In this document: positions 52,837 through 64,000 of the stretch, piece after piece
Numbering within the stretch: position 1 is the stretch's first letter
Layout: each line of letters begins with the position of its first letter
Source of the DNA: Eledone cirrhosa
Lineage: Eukaryota
DNA: 64,000 bases
Assembly: GCA_964016885.1 (NCBI GenBank)
Contig: OZ024740.1
Location: 120,342,001 to 120,406,000, forward strand
Direction of reading: 5' to 3'
Position numbers and translations under genes: made by a program
The notes under the pieces: model-generated
The model's input: the letters and a program-made list of their open reading frames with translations, nothing else
Told to the model about the DNA's origin: nothing
Database searches by the model: none

Positions 52837-52843
<7 letters not shown>
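52680..52843. mobile_element. Fold-back PLE end (same family as the 21403 hammerhead)
   Basis: ~42-bp arms turning at GAAACAGTTCTAGTC(C/G)TGTAGAAGC, with a unique tail on the left and (TA)n flanks. Confidence 0.7.
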
Positions 52844-52867
<24 letters not shown>

Positions 52868-52875
<8 letters not shown>

Positions 52876-53958
52876 TAAAATAACAGATTAAAGTTTAAGC
52901 AAAGAATCGCTGCTTTCACCCTTAACGGGATCTTCTGAAACTAACAAAGTCAATCTGTAAACGCAGAAGTGGATATTTCAAAAAACGTTGCAACCGGAGG
53001 AAGACAGGAAGACGATACTTTGGTTCGTGAAAACGTTCGCTTCACAAAACATACGGGTAATATATACTTACCTATGCTAAACTACCTAGCCATAGGAACA
53101 CGTGCAACCCTGTAGTTAGTACTAACTGTAATTGTAGGAATCGGGTTGATAGCCCCCTATCCGGTTGATTGCCCCCTATCCGGGAAATGCCTCTCTAGTA
53201 ACATTGTCTACAAATGTAAGGTTGTAACACCCACGTCCCGTAGGGCCTACATAGGGTTAACCGCCAATAGATTCAAGCAGCGTCTTTACATGCATACCCA
53301 TTCTTTTCGTTACCCTCTAAGAAGGAATATGACGTCACTTTCAGCTTATATCTGGAGTCTAAAAGACAACCACACCCAATATAAGTTACACTGGGAGATC
53401 TTAGCTAGGGCTAGATCGTATAACGGAAATAAAAGACCATGTGACCTCTGCGCCGCTGAGGCCCTGGAAATACTCTACGCCAAAGACCACATCTTAAACA
53501 AAAAATCTGAGGAAATTTCGGCTTGTAAACATAAATTGCACAAAGCTTTCCTGTATTACAGCCCCACGTTATACCCTAACGGATAGTACGATCTATACGT
53601 GGATATTTTACGTCTTGATGTGGGAGCTAAGTATATGTTTTGATTATACCATTACTTATTTGCATAGGTAAGTATATATTACCCGTATGTTTTGTGAAGC
53701 GAACGTTTCCACGAACCAAAGTATCGTCTTCCTGTCTTCCTCCGGTTGCAACGTTTTTTGAAATATCCACTTCTGCGTTTACAGATTGACTTTGTTAGTT
53801 TCAGAAGATCCCGTTAAGAGTGAAAGCAGCGATTCTTTGCTTAAACTTTAATCTGTTATTTTAATAAATATTTGCTCTACAGTTCTTATATATTTGATAT
53901 ATATTTATCCTTATCGAGCCCTCTTTGGATTTTAGTCTGCAAATTTATTATTATTACT
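52868..53958 (+). mobile_element. 5'-truncated Penelope element with inverted pseudo-LTRs
   Basis: Near-perfect ~210-bp inverted repeats at 52868-53077 and 53662-53871 around a GIY-YIG ORF, then an ~85-bp tail. (TA)n on both sides. Confidence 0.9.
53100..53586 (+). pseudogene. Penelope/Poseidon-type GIY-YIG endonuclease domain (truncated ORF)
   Basis: CNCR..CPLSGKC..NIVYKCKV..AYIGLTANRFKQR..H..SF..W.IL..CDLC..E..LNKKSE..CKH. Confidence 0.88.
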
Positions 53959-53959
53959 A

Positions 53960-54009
<50 letters not shown>

Positions 54010-54974
54010 TATATATGCACCCAAGTTATATCAATTTTGTTCAGAGTATATAGAAGAGGGGAGACAAAGGATATATTAGACAAAAATAAATAAATAAAAA
54101 TGGCTGACTATTTAATTGCCAACATTTTTCACCTTCCCCATGCTCCTTCTGTCTCATAGTTTCTATTGTCAATTGTAATTCCATTGAATAATATCCTCCT
54201 CTATAATAATCTAATAGTCATCATTAGTTTGATAATACTTGCATCATTATTGACATCATTCTAACTTTATATATAATACCTTGTCAACTGTACATTTGAA
54301 AACTTTAAACTAGCTTTGCTCTCAATCAGTTTTATTATAATTAGAAATGTATAGAAATGTAGCAGTAGCAGTATTTAGAAATGCTGATTTCCTTTTTTAT
54401 GACCAGGCTTTAATGTTAATTGATAGAGAACTTAGAGTCTTATATCAACAAGTTATCACTAAACATGTTATATTTTTGCAGACAGACACCATTGTCTCAC
54501 ACTAGCAGCTGACATTGAAACTGTGATAATTTATCAAACTAATGTTTAGCATAGAAGAATTGTCTCATTGCTCTTAAATGTTAGCTTGTTTTGTCACTCT
54601 ACTCTGCAATTAATTTCTAAATATCTAATAATTTGTAGTTAATTTTTAAGTATTTGTAAAGTATATATATTTCTAAATATTAAAAACAAAGAAATTCTAC
54701 AAACACATGAAATAATTTTTCTCTGAACTACAATGTTTTTTGATATTGGGAAATTTTTATAGTTAATTAACCAATCACTAGTATATTACAGATAGTAGAG
54801 GAATGAAACAATAAGTTGAAACTTCAAAGAACCGTAAATCACTAAAATAGATAGCTATAATTTGGAGTAAGTACACCAGTAAAAGAGACTTTTTCTAATT
54901 ATGGGTTAGTGCCATAGAAGAAGTTCACCGCTCATGTTACATAAGTGACCTAATTAGCAATGGAAAATGTTACT

Positions 54975-55450
54975 ATGAAAACGTAGCTAGAGTAAGAATA
55001 GGATGGAGAAAGTCTAGGGAGCTACTACCCCTATTGACATTAAATGTATTTCTTTAAAAGTGAAAAGGATGTTGTATGATGCCAACATGCAAAGTTTGAT
55101 GTTACATAGTTGTGAATCATGGGCAGTAAATGCAGAGAATATGCCAATTCTGGACAAAAATGAAATCAAGCATGCTCTGATGGAAGTATATGGATGAGCT
55201 GAGAGACAAACTGGATATAATGGTAATCAGATGTGTGCAGTAGAGAAGGTTATGCTGGTATGGACACAATGCATATGGATGATGGTTGTTTAGTGAAGAA
55301 GTACCAAGTGATCCTACTGGAAGGAAGCTAGAGTACAGGAAGACCTTGCCTAGGCAGTAGTGGTGAGTGTTAATTTCAAATCACTGAACCTCAGAGAGGA
55401 TGTGATGAAGGAACACAATAAGTGGGAGGAGGCTGTGCTTGAAAAGACTC
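54975..55450 (+). mobile_element. Old RTE LINE C-terminal fragment
   Basis: VARVRIGWRK and LCWYGH remnants. Confidence 0.7.
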
Positions 55451-56306
55451 ACAAGGATACTCACACACACACATACATATATATGTATATACATACACAC
55501 ACACATGAGTAAACATTGTTATTATATAGTCCATATGCATTATATTTTTTCCCATCTTATACATTTATAAATTTATTTCTATTTAGGAAAAAATGAATAT
55601 GTATGGAACATTTAAATGCCTGATGCATGCATTTTATATCTGTCACTCAAACATTATTTATTACAATTGTTTATTCATTAAAACAAATTAATAATTACCT
55701 CAACATTTTATGGGTATATGTAAAGATCACTGTTTATTCAACTAAACCTCACTCTAATACAGCTTGTAGCCTAGTATATCTAATGTGATTTAAGGTGTAA
55801 CTTAAAATCAGATGCAAAATATATTCCTAGAATTTCAGAATCACAATTTGTATACATAATGACACTGTACATGTTGAAAATTAACTATCTTGAGAATAAA
55901 TCTATTTAAAAATGTCATAAATTTTCCAATTATCCATTTCACAAATTAATTCCACCCAATATAGAAAGAAACTAAAATTATAAAAGTTTTAATTTGCACA
56001 AGGACTATTTTTATGATCTTGTACATGCATACATAAAATGCTCACATTTCTATGTATAAGAACAACATGGATAATACATAAGTCTTACATACACAATTAT
56101 ATAATACATATATATACATATATAAATTAATAAAATAATGAATAAACAAAGAAACAGTTCCTTATATTAAAAAAAAATCATCATTTTACGATCGTTTCTA
56201 GGATATATATGTGTTAGAGTTGGTATGCATATTCTATAGATCTATGTACAATATTTATACAAACTATCAGAGGGAATATACATACCTACACATATATATG
56301 CTGTCT

Positions 56307-56675
56307 TCAGAAATAATGATATTTGTTTATTGAAAAAAACAAAGATTCAATACAATAGGTCTGTTTGGGAACAGGTTTTGAATTGACCAATCAGGAGATA
56401 GTGAGGGTCAAGATAGTAATATAGTAGTAGGAGAACCTTAAATTATGGGTAGAGGAAGGTAGATTTCAGTTTTGGATGGAAAAGAATATTATGAATGAAG
56501 GATTATTTTAGGGAAGAAATAGGTCTTATGCTGAACTCAGAAATAATTTTATTTGTTCATTGAATAAAACCAACAAAGATCTAATATATTCTGTCTGTTT
56601 GGTAAGAGGTTTAGAATTAACCAATAGAAAGTTAATAATTGGCCAAATGGTAAAATAGTAGTAATTGAAGCTTAT
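56307..56675. repeat. Diverged direct repeat (~135-bp units at 56307 and 56537), possibly part of a PLE terminal region
   Basis: TCAGAAATAAT..GTCTGTTTGG..GAATT.ACCAAT occurs twice. A minus-strand GAAACGATCGTA hammerhead half lies near 56185-56197. Confidence 0.5.
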
Positions 56676-56989
56676 TTTAGGGGTGAAAATAGGTCAGGTG
56701 GTCAGTAAAAGGTATACAAGCAGTTGCTGTTATAAAATAGTAATGCCAATACAAATATCTAAGGTGACCAAAGTTTTAAGATAAGAATGTTAGTGAAAAA
56801 AATACATCTATGAAAAGAATATAAAATTAATTTAATTGATGGGTATATTTATATTGATAAAATTATACTAATACATATAGATATGATAAGTAAGAGTTAG
56901 ATGCAGTTGAAAAGTGCTGTTAAAGATGAGGGGAAATTAAAAGAATATAAAGATAATATATATATATATATACTTATATATATATATAC

Positions 56990-57846
56990 CTAAAGGGTTC
57001 TCACTAAAAATGAAAGGCAGGTTGTACGATGCCTGCATACGAACAGCAATGTTGCATGGCAGTGAGACCTGGGCATTGTGTGCAGAGGATATACGCAGAC
57101 TAGAGAGGAACGAAGCTTGCATGCTCCGCTGGATGTGTAACAGTAATATACGTGAACGGCAAAGCATAAACGAACTAAGGAAAAAATTAGAGATAAGAGG
57201 GATCAGATGTTGTTTACTCGAGAGAAGGCTACGTTGGTATGGACACGTGATGCGCATGAAAGTCGATAGCTGTATAACAAAGTGCAGGGCAAAAAAGATA
57301 GACGGTAGTCACGGAATAGGCAGACCTAGAAAAACCTGGGACGAGCTGATAAACTCCGACATCACACACTTACACCTCTCCAAGACAATGTCACTGGACC
57401 GAGACCTTTGGCGGTACTCAGTAACAGAGAAGACCCGCCTTACCTAAATATATAGTAAAACCTACTCCAGCCAGTAGGCATCTCTAACAAAATACACCCC
57501 GTCCCACCACCACCACCCCCACCCGATCCACACCACCCCGTTCTATGTAAAGTTATGTTGGTGCCGCGCCATCGAGGCCGAAACAAATGAGATCGTGTAG
57601 GTGTCACGACAAAAAAACACACAGTCCACGCTGTAATGTGGCCGTGTAGGCAACACGGTAAAAACCTCCCAGACCCACACTGTAAATGTGGTTGGTGTTA
57701 GGAAGGGCATCCAACTGTAGAAAACCTGCCAGACAGTCCTATGCGAGCAAGACAATCACTCTTGCCTCAAGTGGGACTACCCCCGTCCAAACCCATGCAA
57801 GCGTGGAACACGGACGTTAAACGTTGATGATGATGATGATGATGAT
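56990..57846 (+). mobile_element. RTE LINE, subfamily A, short 3' copy nearly identical to 22871-23728
   Basis: 145-aa C-terminal ORF differs at only a few residues. Same 3' UTR and (GAT)n tail. Inserted in (TA)n. Confidence 0.95.
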
Positions 57847-57856
57847 ACATATATAT

Positions 57857-57916
<60 letters not shown>

Positions 57917-57952
57917 TTATATATATATATATATGTACACATATATACACAT

Positions 57953-58007
<55 letters not shown>

Positions 58008-58247
58008 TATACATATATATACATATATACACACATACATGCATATATACATACATACACATATATATACACACACATACACACTTATATATACATATAA
58101 TTATTGGGGGGGGGATTACATTTATTAGTGAGAAATAGTAAATATATATAGTTTTCAAGGAACATAGAGTCATAACCTGAAGTTAAAGCATTATATATGT
58201 TGACTTAACGGTATCAGTTTTAGGAAATGATATTTGTAAGAAGGAAA

Positions 58248-58479
58248 GCAAAATTATGTAGTTCATCAGTAGTAGAATATTAATTATAGGTTAACTAAAT
58301 TAAAAATAGTTTATATATTAATTTCTAAAGTGTATATTAATTAGGTTTATAATATTTAAAGCAGAATTATGCAGTTCATCAGTAGTAGAATATTAATTAT
58401 AATTATAGGTTAACTAAATTAAAAATAATTTATATATTAATTTCTAAAGTGTATATTAATTAGGTTTATAATATTTAAA
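58248..58479. repeat. Tandem duplication of ~115 bp at the PLE 3' end
   Basis: GCA.AATTATG.AGTTCATCAGTAG...TTATAATATTTAAA occurs twice. Confidence 0.85.
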
Positions 58480-58830
58480 GGTTTTTCTCAGTTTATGATT
58501 ACACGATATCATTAATTCCTGTCGCTTATTTAATAGGATATCCTTAGATTTCATTATTTCGAAAAGTTCTTGGGAACATAATCTACATTCATTTCTACTA
58601 TTTTGATAAGGGGTGGCCCTTTTGAGCACACTCCAGGTCAGGTCATATTCTATATTCCTCTTTCTATAACTATTAATTATTTCAGCTAGAGATGTTGTAT
58701 TAGCTAGTGCGGCATTTTTAAAACTATGTTTGTGGGTATTAAATCTTACCTTAAAATTGTTAGAGGTAGCTCCTATATATGAATAAATTGAGTCCTTAGT
58801 GTTAACTTTACATTTATATACTAATTTTAT
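58456..58830 (-). pseudogene. Penelope-type GIY-YIG endonuclease fragment (absent from the ORF track)
   Basis: Manual translation: KLVYKCKVNTKDSIYSYIGATSNNFKVRFNTHKHSFKN..YDLTWSVLKRATPY..CRLCSQE..LLNKRQELMISCNHK. Homologous to 53146-53586. Confidence 0.85.
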
Positions 58831-59139
58831 TAATTTATCTTCACTCTGTTTTCCATTTATTTTTCACCGAAAGTAGTTTTTGAATGCATCTTCTCTTTTC
58901 ATGATATCCGGATTACATTGAGTTCTTCATACGGATTGGACACTACCGTAAACTTTTGGTAGATTTATCTACATATATACATCTATATATATAAAAAATG
59001 CAGAATATAAAATATATAACCTAGAGTATGTATAGGTTTTTCGTATGACTTGTGCATCACCATACTTGTATGCAGTATGTTGGCATATATTTGAATATGT
59101 GTGTGTATGAGTGTTACACCACAAATAGAAGATGTATAC

Positions 59140-59750
59140 ACATTTGTTTAATTTTGGCCGAAAATTCTACGATTTATAAAATGGCCTCCCTTGTCCCCCT
59201 TAATCTTTACCCCCCCCCCTATATCGTATACGCGCCTGGTGGTTCCCTCTTTCAATCACTCCCTTCTCTCACCAAATATAAATAAACCTGTTATGAGGTA
59301 CGAATCTCAGAATTTGTCAACTCTTATTAATGGTCAGATCTGTTCGCTCTCCTGTGAAATGTAATGTAAAATGCCATTTTTTTTCTTGTCTCTCCATCCT
59401 CTCGGTCCATTCATTCATATATCCGTATCATCGCCAAGATTCCAATCTTTGCTCTTTCTCAATGCTATTCTATAATTCTGTCTGGTTGTTCTAAATAAAC
59501 TTCTTGTATTTTAAAATCCCATTATTCACTTATTACTGTTATATGCTTGTCCAATTATGCCCAAAATTTGAGGATTTTATTTAAACCCTCTCGTAAAATG
59601 CCCCATTTGTTTTTTCTAAAATAACAATCTCGTTTGTTTAATTTTTGCCGAAAATTCTAGGATTTATAAAATGGCCTCCCTTGTCCCTCTTAATCTTTAT
59701 ATTATGCCCAAAATTCGAGAATTTATTTAAACCCTCTCGCTAACTATCCC
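59140..59750. repeat. Unclassified repeat with internal direct subrepeats
   Basis: GCCGAAAATTCTA.GATTTATAAAATGGCCTCCCTTGTCCC at ~59157 and ~59647; ATTATGCCCAAAATT..AAACCCTCTCG at ~59554 and ~59701. Confidence 0.6.
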
Positions 59751-59799
59751 ATACCCCTCCCACCTGCCCCCACTCGCCACCATTATTATTTGGACCAAT

Positions 59800-62700
59800 C
59801 ATAAGTCAACAGCCTATGCTATCATTTCTCCTGGCTGCTTTTGGGTATGATGGATGGACTAAGGAATTCTGGAGAGTCTGAAAAATCTGGATACTCAGTG
59901 ACAATGCCAAAGATAAAGACAAATTCACCTCATGCTGCCGGACGAAAAGGCAAGGACTCCTCCTCTTTGTTTCGGCCGCGGATGGCCAACATAACCCCAA
60001 CCCCATCACGCCTCCCCGCGCCCCACCGTTCCCACCCACCAAACGCAATCCAAAACTTCAGAGTTGGTACCATGAATGTAGGCACCTTAAAAGATCGCTC
60101 TAAAGAGGTTGTAGAAATGCTTGAACGTAAGGAGGTTGATGTTTGCTGTATCCAAGAGACCAGGTAGAGGGGTGGGTCTGCTAGATTCATTGTGGGTAAA
60201 AAACGATGCTATAAGCTTTTCTGGGTGGGGTAGGAATCATGTTAGCAGAAAAAATGGGTAGATAAGATAATAGATGTAAATAGAGTGAACAGCAGAATAA
60301 TTAAAATAAAACTTGTCCTAAATAGAACTACTGTGACAGTAATATCTGCATATGCACCCCAATCTGGACTGCCTGGCGCTATAAAAGACAGATTCTATGA
60401 GACATTGATGCTCACTACCTCCCAAATAACTGACAGTGACTACATAATTATTGCTGGCGACCTAAATGGTCATGTTGGACAACATTGTGACGGCTATGAC
60501 AGAATCCATGGAGGCTATGGGTTTGGTACTAGAAATGAGGAAGGCTCCAGAATCCTGGAATTCTGTGACGCAAATAACCTAACTATCTGTAACACTAACT
60601 TCAAAAAACAAAACAATCACTTGAGTTCAGTGAACTACTGGATTACTGGTTCAGTGAATTACTGGATTACTGGTGGTGGTACTAATATGAACTGAACACT
60701 CGGTTCATAGGGAGAGTGTGTGTGTGTGTATTAAAAAATGTACAATGAAGTGTCATTGAAATGTATCTATGTTTTTATTGTGTATATCGACCTGTTACGT
60801 GTGCTTCGGAGATGAATGGCTCAATGTCACCTATAGATCAGGGGAACATGCCAGTCAGATAGATTATATCCTTATCAGAAGACATGATAGAGTGTCTGTT
60901 GTAAACACTAAATCCCTCCCCCATGAAGAATGCACGTCCCAACATAGACTCATAGTCAGCGACATCATAGTCAGGACAAGACGTACTCGACAACGGAGGA
61001 CTATCCTCAGGAGAAAAATATGGAAGCTAAAGGACCCCACAGCCAGTAATACATTTAATAGCATATTACTTGATGCTTTCGAGCAATTAGAGTCGTACAA
61101 TATAGAGGAACAGTGGGAATTCCTGAGAGCTAACCTGCTGAAGGCGGCAGATGAAGTCTGTGGCTGGAGCAGGCCTATAGGCAGGTGGATAGTAACTTGG
61201 TGGTGAAACAGTAAGGTGGAGGGGTCAATCAAGGCCAAAAAGCAGGCTTGGAAAGTATGGCGGGATGGGGGAAGTAGAGAAGACTATCAAGTGGCCAGGA
61301 GGGAAGCTAGGAGACAAGTGTACTTCGCAAGAAGGGAAGCAGAGGAAAGAAAGTTCAAGCATGTTCTACAATGTGAGGACCAAAAACGTGAGGTGTTCAG
61401 GATTGCTAGGCAATGTGTCAAGGAAAACCGTGATATTGTCGGGGAGGAGTGTGTCCTTAATGATGATGGTGTACTTGCCATCAGTGACGCTAATAATAAG
61501 GTAGCTTGGAAGTATCACTACGAAAGGCTACTAAATGAGGAGAATAATTGGGAGAAAGACAGTCTCCCTCACATCGATCCAATAGAGGGACCAGCAGTGC
61601 AAGTTGAAGGTAGTATAATAAGTAAGGTGATCAAAGATATGAAGATAGGCAAGGCGGCTGGGCCTTCAGAAATAGTTGCTGAAATGCTGAAAGCATCTGG
61701 CACGGTGGGACACTATGGTCACCCGGATAGTAAACCAAGTCATACAGAATGGGGTCGTTCCAAAGGACTGGCGTAGCAGCACCATCATTAACTGCTACAA
61801 GAGTAAAGGAGATGCCCTAGATAGGGGAAACTATAGAGGCATTAAATTAATTGACCAGGTCATGAAGGTCACAGAAAAAGTAGTAACGCAACTAATCAGA
61901 GAGCGAATTGATCTAGATGAAATGCAGTTCGGGTTTGTGTCAGGTAAAAGTACAACAGATGCTCTTTTCATTGTACGACAACTACAGGAGAAGTACCTAG
62001 CTAAAAGTAAACCCCTATAATTAGCTTTTGTTGACTTGGAGAAAGCCTTTGACAGAGTCCCCCGCTCCATTATCTGGTGGGATCTTAGAAAACTAGGTGT
62101 TGATGAATGGCTTGTGAGAGCTATACAAGCCATGTATAAAGAAACAGTCAGCAAGGTTAGAATTAAGAACAAATATAGTGAAGAGTTTAGCGTAAAAGTT
62201 GGTGTTCATCAGGGCTCCGTTCTTAGCCCCCTACTATTTATTATTGCCCTTCAGGCTATAACAGAGGAGTTCAAGACCGGCTGCCCATGGGAACTCCTAT
62301 ACGCAGATGATCTAACGCTCATAGCTGAATCAATGGCTGAACTAGAGAAGTAATTCCAAACATGGAAGCATGGCCTAGAATCAAAAGGCCTTAAAGTTAA
62401 CTTGTCTAAGACTAAAGTTCTAGTTTGTAGGAAGGAAAATAGGGCACCGGTCCCATCTGGGAAATGGCCATGCTCAGTGTGTAGGAAAGGAGTAGGCAGA
62501 AACTCCATTTTATGTCCCAAATGCAAAGTATGGGTGCATAAAATATGTAGTGGGATCACAGGTAAGCTAATTAAGAATATAGATTTTATATGTGGCCGGT
62601 GCTCTGGTGCAATAAGTAGCAGCAAGTGCCCACGAAATACTAGCTCATTCCATTGCACAGATGGTTCTATAGAACTAGTGGACAGCTTCCGTTACCTGGG

Positions 62701-63640
62701 TGACAAAATCAGCAGTGGGGGAGGGTGCTCTGAAAGTACAGTAGCTAGAGTCAGAACGGGATGGAAAAAGTTCAGAGAGCTTATACCACTATTAGCCGCT
62801 AAAGGGTTCTCCCTAAAAATGAAAGGCAGGCTGTATGATGCCTGCATACGAACAGTAATGTTACATGGCAGTGAGACCTGGGCATTGTGTGCAGAGGATA
62901 TACGCAGACTGGAGAGGAACGAAGCTTGCATGCTCCACTGGATGTGTAATAGTAATATACGTGAACGGCAAAGCATAAACGAACTAAGGGAGACATTAGG
63001 AATAAGAGGGATCAGATGTTGTTTACTCAAGAGAAGACTACATTGGTACAGTCACGTGATGCGCATGAAAGATGACAACTGTATAAAAAAGTGCAGGGCG
63101 ATAAAAATAGACGGTAGCCACGGAGTAGGCAGACTCAGAAAAACCTGGGACGACTTGATAAATTCCGACCTCACACACTTACACCTCTCCAAGACAATGT
63201 CACTGGACTGAGATCTTTGGCGCTACACAGTAATACAGAAGACCCGCCTTGCCTAAGTACAAAGCGAAACCTACAATCAGTAGGCACCTCTAACAAAAAT
63301 ACACCCCTGTCCCACTACCCCCACCCCATTAACACCACCCCCTTCCATGTGAAGTTATGTTGGTACCACAACATCCAGTCCAAAACAAATGAGGTCGTGA
63401 AGGTGTCACGACAAAAAAACACACAGTCCACGCTGTAATGTGGCCGTGTAGGTAACACGGTAAAAACCTCCCAGTCCACACTGTAAACGTGGTTGGTGTT
63501 AGGAAGCGCATCCAGCCGTAGAAAACCCGCCAGACAGTCCTACATGAGCAAGACAACCACTCTTGCCTCAAGTGGGAAAACTCCTGTCCAAACCCAGGCA
63601 AGCGTGGAAGATGGACGTTAAACAATGATCATGATGATGA
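59800..63640 (+). mobile_element. Near full-length RTE LINE (APE and RT with PHD-like insert), disrupted
   Basis: GTMNVGTL, CCIQETR, SAYAPQ, AGDLNGHVG, QIDYIL, SQHRL (APE); RT with LLYADD; 3' UTR and (GAT)n. The 5' boundary is approximate. Confidence 0.93.
60621..60824. mobile_element. ~204-bp insertion interrupting the RTE endonuclease
   Basis: Splits KKQNNH / VTYRSG. Ends TTGAG...CTCAA and contains an internal tandem repeat. Confidence 0.7.
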
Positions 63641-63789
63641 TACACAGAATGCATTATCATCAAGCCTCAGTTTGCGTTTTACCAACTTTAAAATAAGAAT
63701 ATGACATGATTTTCAAGAAACATTAATTAAGTGGTTGTACATGGGTTAATTTCTACTATATACCATATATGCTCATGTATAAGTCTTAC

Positions 63790-63810
63790 CTTTTCCCTAG
63801 AAAGTACAAG
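63790..63810 (-). other. Candidate 21-nt host microexon
   Basis: attttgtgttttcag|CTTGTACTTTCTAGGGAAAAG|gtaagac; phase-0 reading is LVLSREK. Confidence 0.4.
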
Positions 63811-63847
63811 CTGAAAACACAAAATGTAACTCTACATGTTGTTCATG

Positions 63848-63884
63848 GATGTTCTTCCTAATACATGATATTAGGAAGAACATC
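63848..63884. repeat. Perfect inverted repeat, 16-bp arms with 5-nt loop
   Basis: GATGTTCTTCCTAATA-catga-TATTAGGAAGAACATC. Confidence 0.9.
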
Positions 63885-64000
63885 TAGCTTCAGAAACAAT
63901 GCCAAAATATGGAATGTATGAGCAAAACGTAGCTATCTAAACATATCTTGGCTTGGCCCTTGACAATCTGCCCAAACCATGCCAGTATGGAAAGACAGTG

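Noticed and set aside
58248-58479. Short direct repeats resembling a CRISPR or satellite array
   Set aside because: Only two adjacent units with no spacers, in a eukaryotic PLE end.

Overview
AT-rich, microsatellite-dense eukaryotic DNA made mostly of transposable elements. The SINE and RTE repertoire suggests an octopod cephalopod, probably a large intron; this is an inference. No multi-exon host gene is visible, and the only host candidate is a 21-nt minus-strand microexon at 63790-63810. Main contents: (1) A head-to-tail array of three divergent Tx1-clade LINEs (34594-48560). Each is joined at the same TATCTATCTATCTCTCT motif at the end of a (TATC)n microsatellite, and they share covarying RNA hairpins in their UTRs. 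This looks like a microsatellite-targeting retrotransposon lineage. (2) At least nine co-oriented RTE LINE copies whose reverse transcriptase carries a C4HC3 PHD-like finger between RT motifs 6 and 7, plus a partner tRNA-derived SINE with the same 3' tail. (3) Several Penelope-like element (PLE) relics with GIY-YIG domains, hammerhead ribozyme motifs and fold-back inverted ends, mostly flanked by (TA)n. (4) A second SINE family, MITEs and two isolated perfect hairpins. All element ORFs are disrupted or truncated. Coordinates were read by eye and ends may be off by a few bases.
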